This document shows, in pieces, positions 1-8,760 of a stretch of DNA of 64,000 nt. A model generated the notes under the pieces. That model had not been told where the DNA came from. It saw only the letters and a program-made list of their open reading frames with translations, and did not search any database. Source of the DNA: Candidatus Hydrogenedentota bacterium (GTDB taxonomy: Bacteria > Hydrogenedentota > Hydrogenedentia > Hydrogenedentales > JAEUWI01); NCBI GenBank assembly GCA_016182605.1, contig JACPGE010000060.1, positions 9,807 through 73,806 of the forward strand, in the 5' to 3' direction. The stretch's first letter is position 1. The number at the start of each line of letters is the position of its first letter. The position numbers and the translations under genes were made by a program.

Positions 1-2
1 TC

Positions 3-425
3 AGTCTCCTCGCCAAAGGCTGGCCCGTTCCGCCCCACGACTTTGTGGTGGTCGGCGCATCCATACATCAGGCCCACTATTCGGAGGCCCTGAAAAAGTT
101 TCTCCGGCAGCATGAGGAATTGCTCCAGGCGGAGCGATCGGCTTTCTTCTCCGTGAGCCTCTCCGAAGCAGGCAGCCCGGAAAAGAAATCGGAAGCACGA
201 CGTTACATCGATTCGCTCTTAAAAGAGATCGGGTGGACGCCGTGCGCGGTCATCTCCCTGGCCGGAGCCTTGCGCTATCGCGACTACGGGTTCCTGAAAC
301 GCTGGATGCTCAAGAAGGTCATGGAAGAGTCTGGCGGCGAAACGGATACTTCGCGAAACCATGAATACACCGACTGGCAACAGGTGGAGACCTTCGCCCG
401 AAAGTGTGAACAGTTGGCGGCATAG
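3..425 (+). CDS. hemG: Protoporphyrinogen IX oxidase HemG (flavodoxin-like, menaquinone-dependent), 5'-partial
   Basis: Translation ...FVVVGASIHQAHYSEALKKF...SAFFSVSLS...CAVISLAGALRYRDYGFLKRWMLKKVMEESGGETDT...YTDWQQVETFARKCEQLAA is collinear with E. coli HemG (VVIGASIRYGHY..SAFYSVNL..CAVIAGALRYPRY..MSGGETDT..YTDWEQVANFAREI). The reading frame is open to the window edge, so the N-terminus lies outside the window. Confidence 0.8.
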   Translation, partial: SLLAKGWPVPPHDFVVVGASIHQAHYSEALKKFLRQHEELLQAERSAFFSVSLSEAGSPEKKSEARRYIDSLLKEIGWTPCAVISLAGALRYRDYGFLKRWMLKKVMEESGGETDTSRNHEYTDWQQVETFARKCEQLAA

Positions 426-2852
426 GCCGGACCCAGGAAGCGGTCTCCGGCTATGGAGTGGATAGCGCCCGCCCGCCGGCGGCGGCCCCGGAAGCACAAC
501 CACCTGGCCCAGTACGCCCCTGCCTGGGAGATGGAGTCCGAGAGGAACCTGAGTCACAGACTGCCAGTGTGTGATCTCCTTGCTGACCAGCACGCGGGCG
601 TGATTGTGCCACGTGCTCGTGGGCGGATCGGGAAAGCCCGGGTCCCAGTTTGCAAAACCCAGCGAGCGTTGCGGCGCCGGCAGTTGCTCCCGCGCCTCCG
701 GCGGCACTTCGCCGTGCATGAATATCCGCCAGTCCTCCGGAATGGGCGCGGTGCACTGAAAGACCAGGTGGATCATCATGCGCCCGCCTTCGAGCGCCTC
801 GTAGCGGAAATCTTCGAGTTCCAGTCCGGGTGCGATCGGATACCGGCTCATGGAAACGCGGGCATCGTCCGGGAAGGCTCGTTTCACTGCTTCTGCCATC
901 TGGCGTCCCGCGCGCTCCTGGGTGTGCGTTCCCACATACGCCAGGAGTTCCCGGTCCCAACGTGGGGTGCTGCGTGCCAGCAGGGGCGAGGGAGTGATGC
1001 GGAGTTCGCTCGCAAAATCCATGATGAGATCCGTCAGCGCGCCATACTGTCCCGAGGACACGAATTCGGGCAGAAACCGGTATGCAGTGCGGACAATATA
1101 CATGGCCTGTTCCGCACGAAGTTCCCCCGCTTTGCATCGTTCCAACTCCCGCTGAATCAGACCCAAATCCGTCGTCCTCTGGAGCGCATCCACAAGCCGG
1201 CGCTCAGGCGAATCGCTCCCCGCAATACTGTCCCGCCGCACCCAGTACCCCGATCGGACATAGTCGCCATACTCGTCCTTGAATGCGGGGTTGCGCGCGA
1301 ATCGCTTCCTCAGATAATCGTCGATCTCTGCCTGTTCCGCAATATACTGCTCCTGAAAGCGCGGATCCTTGAAGAGATAGGCATAGCGCATGGACCAGAT
1401 GCCATGCAGTTCGATGAGATCCGGCGCGGCGACATCGAAGAAAAAGTCCGCAATCTCTTGCTCGTTCTTGAGCTGGCTCAACACGGGACTCCCCAGCATC
1501 CCGAGATCGAGAATATTAAAATCCTTGTGCCAGCTCATCAGCCCGAGATCCGGGTTGGCAATCGTGGGACGCGGGATATCGTATTTCGCCTGCAACGCAA
1601 GAAGCTGATCGCGGTACGGCGCAAACACCTTCTCCGAGAACCAGAGATAATAGGGCGGCGTTGAATTCCACTGTGCCGTAGCCCACATGCCCGAGATCGC
1701 AATAAACGCGGTGATGGGAAGCATCCAGCTACGGCGCACATGAACCGCCGTCACCACCAGCAACGCGACGATGGCCAGCGCCGCCTGCGTGCTGAGGCGC
1801 GTGGGGTCCAGGCGCGCCTCGCCGAAAAGCAGCGGACTCAACAGACTCGTCGCCGCAAGGCTCGCCAGGAAAAGCACCGCCGGGACCGTCCGCCGGTTCC
1901 AGCGCATCCAGGGCAGGCAGAGCAGCGCGGGGACCAGCAGCCAGCCGTGGTGCATGAGGAAAAGCCGGGTGACGAGGCTGCCGGACTGTTTCCAATACGC
2001 GGGATCGCGGTGCAGCAGCAACCCGGCGCGCTCGCTGAGCGAGATGCCCTGTGCCGCGGCGGTATTGGGGAAGACCTCGCCAAAGTAGGCCCAGCGCGCG
2101 GCGAAGATCAGCGCCCAGATCGTGAAGAACAGCGCCGCAAAGCCGAGACAGCGGAACTGACGGTAGAGGACGAGCCAGCACAATACAAAGAGCATCACCA
2201 GCGGGCCGATATGGTAGATGCTCTCGATGCGCGCAATCGATGCGGCGGCAACTGGGATCACCCACGTGTAGCGCAGACGGCCATCCGCGAGCATGCGTCC
2301 CAGCAGAAACACACCCAGCAGAAAAAAACCGTGGGTAAGGGCGTTTTCCATGCCGGAGGCGTGCCATTCGAGAAAGCTGGGATCGCGGGTGAGCATCCAC
2401 GCAGCCGCCCCGCATGCAAAGAGTCCCGCCACGCGCCGGGGCAGGCAGAGGCCGTAGATCAAAACGCCGAAAAGAGCGATCATGATGCCCGCAACCGCGA
2501 GGAAGTAGCCGCTGTAATGCAGTCCAATGGCAGCGTAGAGCGGCGTGAAAAGGAGGAATTGCAGCGGCGACGAAAAGCCCTCCACCCGCTCGCCCGCGGG
2601 GTTCACACCGACAGAGCCATACTCCACAAAATTGCGCGCGTGGCTCACTGTAATGATGCCGTCATCCCGGTTGCGGTAGTCGTCGGGATCGATCCCACGA
2701 TAGGCCCACGCGAATATGGCGAGAAAGATCAACCCCGCAAGCGCGGCCCCGGCGAGGTCTTTCAACAGGCTGCGCTCTATGTCCGCGGCGGCCCCGGCCA
2801 CGGCGTCGCCGGATGGCCCGGTATCGATCTGCGCTTCGGTCACGTCACTCAT
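219..2852 (-). CDS. Large polytopic membrane protein (about 12 predicted TM helices in the N-terminal half, C-terminal soluble domain). GT-C-like glycosyltransferase fold suspected. Paralog of the protein at 4326..5948
   Basis: 877-aa ORF. Hydrophobic helices throughout the first ~420 aa. First-loop motif RNRDDGIITVSHARNFVEYG is comparable to the DDAFYYLGLARSF motif of the paralog. Both share a C-terminal soluble region with a G.W..G....N.DGL pattern (DLGLMSWHKDFNILDLGML here, versus HVGSWNAGILGYFEGGHIVNLDGL). The last ~70 codons overlap hemG on the opposite strand and look low-complexity, so the true C-terminus is uncertain. Confidence 0.55.
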   Translation of the reverse strand: MSDVTEAQIDTGPSGDAVAGAAADIERSLLKDLAGAALAGLIFLAIFAWAYRGIDPDDYRNRDDGIITVSHARNFVEYGSVGVNPAGERVEGFSSPLQFLLFTPLYAAIGLHYSGYFLAVAGIMIALFGVLIYGLCLPRRVAGLFACGAAAWMLTRDPSFLEWHASGMENALTHGFFLLGVFLLGRMLADGRLRYTWVIPVAAASIARIESIYHIGPLVMLFVLCWLVLYRQFRCLGFAALFFTIWALIFAARWAYFGEVFPNTAAAQGISLSERAGLLLHRDPAYWKQSGSLVTRLFLMHHGWLLVPALLCLPWMRWNRRTVPAVLFLASLAATSLLSPLLFGEARLDPTRLSTQAALAIVALLVVTAVHVRRSWMLPITAFIAISGMWATAQWNSTPPYYLWFSEKVFAPYRDQLLALQAKYDIPRPTIANPDLGLMSWHKDFNILDLGMLGSPVLSQLKNEQEIADFFFDVAAPDLIELHGIWSMRYAYLFKDPRFQEQYIAEQAEIDDYLRKRFARNPAFKDEYGDYVRSGYWVRRDSIAGSDSPERRLVDALQRTTDLGLIQRELERCKAGELRAEQAMYIVRTAYRFLPEFVSSGQYGALTDLIMDFASELRITPSPLLARSTPRWDRELLAYVGTHTQERAGRQMAEAVKRAFPDDARVSMSRYPIAPGLELEDFRYEALEGGRMMIHLVFQCTAPIPEDWRIFMHGEVPPEAREQLPAPQRSLGFANWDPGFPDPPTSTWHNHARVLVSKEITHWQSVTQVPLGLHLPGRGVLGQVVVLPGPPPAGGRYPLHSRRPLPGSGLCRQLFTLSGEGLHLLPVGVFMVSRSIRFAARLFHDLLEHPAFQEPVVAIAQGSGQGDDRARRPPDLF

Positions 2853-2896
2853 AGGCGGTCATGCTATCCCAAGCGCTCCGGCGCCGGCAACGAAGT

Positions 2897-4291
2897 TCAA
2901 TTCAAAGTCGTGAAGATGGAGACCGATTCGGCCGCGCACGAAATCGGCAGCGTGCCGCCTGCTGGCAAGGTGATGCGTTCCTCCGGCTCCGGAAGGCCCG
3001 CTTCGTTGCTTCCTTGTGCGCCGTCCACGTAGCGAAAATGCTGCACCGGCCGGGACAAGCCCTCCGGCGCCTGCACCGCCACTTCCCGCGCTGCGCCACG
3101 GTTCACGCAGACGAGGCTCCAGTCCCCTTCCGAGACCGCCAGCAGCATCCGCATGTTTTCCGGTGCATTCACGCGGTATACGGCAGCCCCGGGGCGCACA
3201 TAGCGGCAAAGGAGCGACCACGGATAAAACCAGGGGCGCAACGTCATCCCCTGTTCCTGGTTGCGCCACAGGCCCCACGCGAAGTTGCGGTGGCCATTGT
3301 CGCTCAACATCCACGCGGATACGCCCGTCCACCCCGCGCTGACTGCCTGCACCGCATAGTCCGCCATATCGACGCCGTACGTGTAGCTGTCGATCGCGTC
3401 GGACACGGCGTGGTTGCCGCTCTGCGTCCACATGCCGGCTTCGCCCACGAGAAAGGGCTTCGACGCGGCCTTGGGATCGTGCGCAATGGCGTAGTCCCGC
3501 TGTTTGCGCCAGTAGGCCTCCATCGTGCCACTGCGCACCTCGTCCACCGAGGCATAGCGGTGGATGTCGTAGACGCCAAGCACATCCTGAAGTTCGTCCA
3601 CCGCCAGGCGGTGCCAGGGTTCGTCTTCGGCCGCTTGCGAGGTGTCCGATCCCGCGAGCGTGATCTGCGTGTTCAGTCCTCGCTGCTTGATTGCGGCCTC
3701 GACATTGAGCAGGCCCTGTTTCCAGCGCGCCCAGTCGTTCACTTCCCAGTTCGGCTCGTTCGTGCAAATGAAATAACGGATGCACGTGTAGCCCTTCGTG
3801 CGCACAAGATATTCCAGGTAGGTCCCCATCGCTTCGGCATAGACCGGATCTTCCACGCTCTTGATGCCCGGGCCGCGCGTCCAGTCTTTCTCGCCGCCCC
3901 AGTCGGTGAGAAACACCGTGACGCCCAGCTCTTGAAGCAGGTCCAGGCTGCGGTAAAGCTGCTGCATGCCCGGCGAGTCCCACGTGTACGTGCCATTGTC
4001 GTAGAGCCACCGCGTGAGCACCATCACCCGCATGATCCCCGGCCGCATCCAGCGCACTCGGGCGGCCTCTTGCGCATGCTGTGCCTCCGTGAGCGGATAG
4101 CTGAGGTAACCATTGGCGTCCCACTCGTTGCCAAAACCCAGGAAGGATTCGCATACCCGCTGTTCCGGCGCCAGCGACAGGGTGACCGTTTCCGCAGCGT
4201 GGCTGGCGCCCGCGTATAGCGCCATCAGGAATACGCCAAGCAGGGAATACGTGGCACGTCGCCGGGGAAGTGTGGGGGAGGGGTACATCAT
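2897..4291 (-). CDS. Secreted glycoside hydrolase, clan GH-A (GH5/GH30-like)
   Basis: N-terminal signal peptide LLGVFLMALYAGASHAAE. Candidate acid/base motif FICTNEPNWE (an NEP motif) and candidate nucleophile motif FLVGEAGMW. 464 aa. Tightly spaced between the two paralogous membrane proteins on the same strand. Confidence 0.6.
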   Translation of the reverse strand: MMYPSPTLPRRRATYSLLGVFLMALYAGASHAAETVTLSLAPEQRVCESFLGFGNEWDANGYLSYPLTEAQHAQEAARVRWMRPGIMRVMVLTRWLYDNGTYTWDSPGMQQLYRSLDLLQELGVTVFLTDWGGEKDWTRGPGIKSVEDPVYAEAMGTYLEYLVRTKGYTCIRYFICTNEPNWEVNDWARWKQGLLNVEAAIKQRGLNTQITLAGSDTSQAAEDEPWHRLAVDELQDVLGVYDIHRYASVDEVRSGTMEAYWRKQRDYAIAHDPKAASKPFLVGEAGMWTQSGNHAVSDAIDSYTYGVDMADYAVQAVSAGWTGVSAWMLSDNGHRNFAWGLWRNQEQGMTLRPWFYPWSLLCRYVRPGAAVYRVNAPENMRMLLAVSEGDWSLVCVNRGAAREVAVQAPEGLSRPVQHFRYVDGAQGSNEAGLPEPEERITLPAGGTLPISCAAESVSIFTTLN

Positions 4292-4325
4292 ATTACTTCC
4301 TGGTGCTGCCGTGCAGCGGCTGTCT

Positions 4326-5948
4326 TCAAGGCGGGGATGCGGAGGCCCCGTGATCCTGCACGGTTTGGCCCGCGGGGTTCAACCTGTACAAGACCAGCCG
4401 GCCCTGCACGGATTCGGGCGTGTCAAAATAGTGGATGGGTTCCAGCCGGCTCAGGAAGGCAGGACCGTCGTAACCGCCGCGCCGGACCTTCTGCGGATTG
4501 CTGAGCATCGTCTCGAAATCGCAGATATATGTGATCGGTACAGCGTCCACATAAGCCGCCAGCCGCATCTCCCGTGCGTAGGAGTAAATGTCGTTGTTGA
4601 CCAGGCCGTCGAGGTTCACAATATGCCCGCCCTCGAAATAGCCGAGTATGCCTGCATTCCAACTGCCCACGTGACCGGGCAGTTTCGCCTCCTTCAAGTA
4701 CTGCGCGGCATCGTACGCTGCCCGCTGGTAGGGCCATTCGGGATCGCTTCGCGGCGCGCTTCCCGCCAGCATCTGACGCGCGCAAAGCAGGCCCAGGATC
4801 GCGATCGCAGCCGTGCCCAGGGGAGTCCTCGTGCGCAGGTGTGCCGCGGGCAATGCAATCATCAGAAAAAGTGGCGCCACGAGATTCGCGGTGTACCACA
4901 GTTGCACCGACACGGGGTTGAGCGCGTAGAGCACGATGTAGCCCGCCGTGGAAAGTGCGCTGCCGGTCCACAGCAGCCGGGATGCATCGTCCCTCCAGGG
5001 TGTGGCCCCGGAATTTTCCGCCGTGCCCTGGCGGCGCTGGCGCACCCATGCCACTCCCACCCAAATAGAGATCGGAATCAACGCGCTGACCAGTGTCTCG
5101 GTCACAAGCGTCTTGTCCCCAAAGAGCGCGAATACCTGGTTCATGATCGGCCGTGCGGTGGGGCCGTACTGTTCCATCCAGAGCTGTTTCATCCGCGCGC
5201 TGGATTGCACCGCCTCGCCCGTGAAAGCGAAATTGTGCACGAACAGAAGCAGCACCCCGCTTGCCGCGCCCGCCACCCCGGAGGCCGCGCACAGCACCGG
5301 CTTCCATCCATGTTCGGCGCGCAGGCACAGCCACGCTGCGGCCAGGATCGACGCAGGCAACAGCCCAAAATCGGCCCGCGCGAGGCTCCCGGCCAGGCCG
5401 CAGCAAAACAGGGCCACTGCAAGGCGGCGATGCCGGCCGCCAGCGATGCCCCCGCTCAACATCAGGTACACGCCCGCCAGCGAAACCACCCAGCTCCACT
5501 CCATGGCCGATACCAGGTTCATGGAAACATTCCGCGACAGCATAAGGATCAGGAACAGCATGGCAGGCGCGATCCGGTTCGTGCGTATCGTGTAGCTGGT
5601 GCCAAGCGCCAGGGCAGGCAGGCCGGCCGCCACCGTAACGAGCATGCCCAGCAGCACAAAGGCCTCGGTCCCCGGCTGCAGCGCGGCGTAGAGTGCCGCG
5701 AGCACATAGGCATGCAAGGGATGAAAGCCGCTCGTGGTGCTCACGCCCGAGTCAAAGCTCCAGACGCCATCCACCGCAAAACTGCGGGCCAGGCCGAGAT
5801 AATAGAAGGCGTCGTCCGGCAGCAGCCCGATTCGCGAGAGCGGTGATCCGGCGAGATGCCCCAGTAGCGGGATCGCAACCGCCACCGCCCCAACGGCCAC
5901 CAAGCCGGGAACGGCCGCGCGCGATACGTACGTGCCTGAGCCTCTCAC
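4326..5948 (-). CDS. Large polytopic membrane protein, paralog of 219..2852 (GT-C-like fold suspected)
   Basis: The ORF track extends to 6572, but the upstream part is antisense to a well-supported GNAT gene and is low-complexity. The likely real start is a GTG at 5948, preceded by AAGGGA. Motif LLPDDAFYYLGLARSF, multiple TM helices, and a C-terminal soluble domain similar to the paralog. Confidence 0.5.
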   Translation of the reverse strand: MRGSGTYVSRAAVPGLVAVGAVAVAIPLLGHLAGSPLSRIGLLPDDAFYYLGLARSFAVDGVWSFDSGVSTTSGFHPLHAYVLAALYAALQPGTEAFVLLGMLVTVAAGLPALALGTSYTIRTNRIAPAMLFLILMLSRNVSMNLVSAMEWSWVVSLAGVYLMLSGGIAGGRHRRLAVALFCCGLAGSLARADFGLLPASILAAAWLCLRAEHGWKPVLCAASGVAGAASGVLLLFVHNFAFTGEAVQSSARMKQLWMEQYGPTARPIMNQVFALFGDKTLVTETLVSALIPISIWVGVAWVRQRRQGTAENSGATPWRDDASRLLWTGSALSTAGYIVLYALNPVSVQLWYTANLVAPLFLMIALPAAHLRTRTPLGTAAIAILGLLCARQMLAGSAPRSDPEWPYQRAAYDAAQYLKEAKLPGHVGSWNAGILGYFEGGHIVNLDGLVNNDIYSYAREMRLAAYVDAVPITYICDFETMLSNPQKVRRGGYDGPAFLSRLEPIHYFDTPESVQGRLVLYRLNPAGQTVQDHGASASPP

Positions 5949-6080
5949 TGCGTCCCTTCGATCCCCGGTCTGCCCCGAAATTTGTGTGGCATGATATATC
6001 AAGGCGCTGGCCCCCTTCGAGATCGCCTGCCGCCCGCGCTTCCCGTATACTGTCGCCAACCCAATGAGGCGCCCCCCGCA

Positions 6081-6575
6081 ATGACCTTCTCTTTCCTGCC
6101 CCCCGCCAGGCCGCTCGTCGACGGCGAATTGACCCTGCACTTGAAGTGTGCCGATTGGGAAATCTCCGACCGGATCCGCGTGCCGGTCTACCGCTTCATC
6201 ATGTTCCAGGAGGGCATCGAGGAGGAGGCCGGACACATCAACCTGCGCCTCGGAAACACGGACACCATCCTCCGCTATCAGGGCCACATCGGTTACGCCG
6301 TCCGCCCGCCGTTTCGAGGCCGGCGCTTTGCCGCCCGAAGCTGCCGCCTCGTGTTGCCCATCTTCCAGGAACACGGCTTCACCACCGTCTGGGCCACCTG
6401 TAACCCGGAGAACGTCGCCTCGCTCTGCTCCCTCGAACTGGCCGGCGCGGTCTTCGTGGAAGAAGTGGATATTCCGCAGAGCTATCCCGCCTATTGGCAG
6501 GGCGAGCAGGCCAAATTGCGTTACCGCTTCGATCTCTGGAGTCTGCTGCAGCAACCGAAGCAGGGATGGCAATGA
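6081..6575 (+). CDS. GNAT family N-acetyltransferase (RimJ/RimL-like)
   Basis: MTFSFLPPARPLVDGELTLH...GHIGYAVRPPFRGRRFAARSCRLVLPIFQEHGFTTVWATCNPENVASLCSLELAGAVFVEEV. Typical GNAT core (Q/RxxGxG/A-like motif FRGRRFAA). Confidence 0.75.
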   Translation: MTFSFLPPARPLVDGELTLHLKCADWEISDRIRVPVYRFIMFQEGIEEEAGHINLRLGNTDTILRYQGHIGYAVRPPFRGRRFAARSCRLVLPIFQEHGFTTVWATCNPENVASLCSLELAGAVFVEEVDIPQSYPAYWQGEQAKLRYRFDLWSLLQQPKQGWQ

Positions 6576-6759
6576 TTAAAACCGATGATAGACGACGCTG
6601 TTTGTGTTGGTAATATAACTTTATAAGCGGTATTAATTCAAAGCCCTTCTTATTCCCGCGCATTGGACAAAACACAAAATATAAGGCAAAATAACTGTTG
6701 AAACAATAATTGTTGAAACTTGTATTGGCTCGGCAACACCCCGAAAGGAGCATTCCACC

Positions 6760-7458
6760 ATGATTACCCTGCGCAAATCCAATGAACGCGGCGGCGCCGA
6801 CCACGGTTGGCTGAAAACACGCCACACCTTCTCCTTCTCCACCTACTACGATCCCGCGCACATGGGGTTCCGTGCCCTGCGCGTCATGAACGAGGACTGG
6901 GTCGCGCCGAGCCAGGGTTTTGGAAAGCATCCCCACGACAACATGGAGATCCTCACCTACGTGCTCGAAGGCGCACTGAAGCACCAGGACAGCATGGGCA
7001 ATGGCGAGGTGGTGCACGCGGGCGAACTCCAGCGCATGAGCGCCGGCACCGGCATACACCATAGTGAGTTCAACGCCTCGCAGGAGGACCCCGTGCGCCT
7101 CTATCAGATCTGGCTGCTGCCCGGCCAGCGGGGCCTCGAACCGGGCTACGAACAGAAAGCCTTCAGCCCGGAAGACAAGAAAGGCAGGCTGCGCCTCGTC
7201 GCTTCACCCGCCGGAGAAGACGGCGCCCTGACCATTCATCAGGACGTCCGTATCTACCTCGCGGGACTGACCGCGGGAGAAAGCCTTGCGCACACGCTCC
7301 AGCCCGGCCGCCACGCCTGGGTGCAGGTCATCTCTGGCGCGGCGAGCGTAAACGGTCAGGCCCTGAAAGCCGGGGACGGCGCCGCGATTTCAGACGAAAC
7401 CACGCTGACGCTTGCGGGCCGCACCGACGCCGAGATCATGCTCTTTGACCTAGCCTGA
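6760..7458 (+). CDS. yhhW: Pirin-family protein (quercetin 2,3-dioxygenase YhhW-like)
   Basis: [84 protein letters not shown] is near-collinear with E. coli YhhW ([66 protein letters not shown]). Strong RBS AAGGAG 8 nt upstream. Confidence 0.9.
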   Translation: [232 protein letters not shown]

Positions 7459-7544
7459 TGCCGCCCCGCTTAGAACGGCGGACCAGGAGAAGTCCAACAA
7501 GATCGGTTTTGAGCACCAAGGGCACTATTCTGAACGGCGCTAAC

Positions 7545-7700
7545 ATGTTGCAGTCTCACTCCAATCACGCCGCTCGGCGGGCAACGGGCTACCATTTTGG
7601 CACGCCCAAACAGGCCTTCGCTCGCCGGGCAGCCTGCCACCATTTAGACACGCCACCCAAGTAGGCCTTCGCTCGCCGAGCGTAGGCATTCCGCGTCGAA
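7545..7700. repeat. Partial inverted copy of the interspersed repeat unit (module carrying 'aggccttcgctcgccg' twice)
   Basis: ctcactccaatcacgccgctcggcg...cccaagtaggccttcgctcgccgagcgtaggcattcc matches the reverse complement of 8455..8535 and the left part of 54790..54850. Confidence 0.7.
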
Positions 7701-8143
7701 GTACCTCGTCCCGCACCCCTCTACACACGGCCACACTTCATCACAAAATCCAGATCAATCCGGCTTTCGTAGCTCCCAATTTCAATTGGGAGTTCGAATC
7801 CCAAACCTCTGCGCGCTTACGTCGACGCATTCACGCACACACCCATTGTCATCTCGAACGCAGTGAGAGATCTCCCAAGGGGACTGTACCCGCCGGAAGG
7901 CAATAGGCCTACCCGGCGGAAAGATCTTCCACCGGCGGGGACTGTACCCGGGCCCCAATCACGCACACCCCGCAACCCCAACCACCCTGCTATCCCGAAC
8001 CCTTCCCTGTCATCTCGAACGCAGTGAGAGATCTCCCCGGGGAGCGCCATGCGCCGCGACGTGGACCACAAAAAGCTGGGGCGGTCTTATTTTCCAGGAA
8101 TGTCCGGTCCCTTGGGGCTCAGACATTCCTTATAGTAACCACG

Positions 8144-8213
8144 TTGGTTATCCACAGCCGACAGCAAGGCCACCTCGGTTGGCCTTCGTCGGCTGTCGGG
8201 TGTGGATAACCAA
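8144..8213. repeat. Long imperfect hairpin (about 30-bp stem, 8-nt loop)
   Basis: ttggttatccacagccgacagcaaggcc acctcggt tggccttcgtcggctgtcgggtgtggataaccaa. The outer 13 bp are perfectly complementary. Confidence 0.6.
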
Positions 8214-8368
8214 CCGGCTGGGGATGCAGTATTTCTGGCGTAACCCAAACTCGGTTTGGGCGGCGACGGCTCCTTCCGCGCCCCGCGCATCCCTCCAGCC
8301 GCAAGGACCGGCGCCCGATCCCATTCCCGCGTGTTCGACACCCGCGTCTCCGCCCGTTGATTCTCCAA

Positions 8369-8760
8369 GGAAAATTCGGGGCAGTAACCATTTTTTGCAG
8401 GATTCTCGCCCGGTTGACGGGGTGTAAGCTGGTACCTTGACGAGGAATGCCTATGCTCGGCGAGCGAAGGCCTACTTGGGTGGTGTCTAACAGGTAGCAC
8501 GCTGCTCGCCGAGCGGCGTGATTGGAGTGAGACCGCAAGTGTTAGCCCGCATATTTCACCACTTCAAGGTTTCTTGGCAACGAGTTCGACTTGGAAGATG
8601 GTGAAAAATGCTCAGCGTGGCGATGGTGCTGGCGTTCACCGGGCAGGCTAAATCACGGGCTGTTTGTTATTCCCAAGCTTGAAGTTGGGACAACGATATG
8701 TATGAATGGGTGTTACGACTACATCGTTTGGAGCCCGTGATTTATCCGAGTACACGGTCC
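8369..8760. repeat. Composite copy of the interspersed repeat family (minus orientation relative to the 54790 copy). It carries module R1, the 'gtgaaatatgcggg' module, the 50-bp core and its hairpin partner
   Basis: 8369..8540 is about 85% identical to 9249..9425 (direct). 8546..8662 is the reverse complement of 54905..55082. 8741..8759 (gagcccgtgatttatccg) pairs with 8644..8662 (ggctaaatcacgggctg) to form a 12-bp stem around a ~75-nt loop. Confidence 0.75.

Noticed and set aside
453-1664. 403-aa plus-strand ORF
   Set aside because: Arg/Pro-rich, low-complexity translation that is entirely antisense to the well-structured 877-aa membrane-protein gene. Typical high-GC antisense ORF.
4113-5846. 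577-aa plus-strand ORF and the nested minus-strand ORFs 4423..5499
   Set aside because: Antisense or out-of-frame relative to the membrane-protein paralog at 4326..5948. The composition is dominated by R/G/P/A runs with no motifs.
5949-6572. Upstream 208 codons of the 748-aa minus-strand ORF
   Set aside because: Antisense to the GNAT gene (6081..6575), which has clear GNAT motifs, and low-complexity. The membrane protein most likely starts at the GTG at 5948.
7735-7815. Complete tRNA gene
   Set aside because: Only a T-arm and a 3' acceptor-like segment can be folded. No matching 5' acceptor strand, D-arm or anticodon arm. Kept only as a possible tRNA-derived fragment.
8610-8684. Micro-ORF (MLSVAMVLAFTGQAKSRAVCYSQA) in the repeat core as a real small protein gene
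   Set aside because: The frame is conserved only over about 15 codons in the four copies. It has different or no start and stop contexts, and nonconservative multi-base changes (T->G, S->A). More parsimonious as an incidental frame within a DNA/RNA-level repeat. Mentioned in the findings as unresolved.
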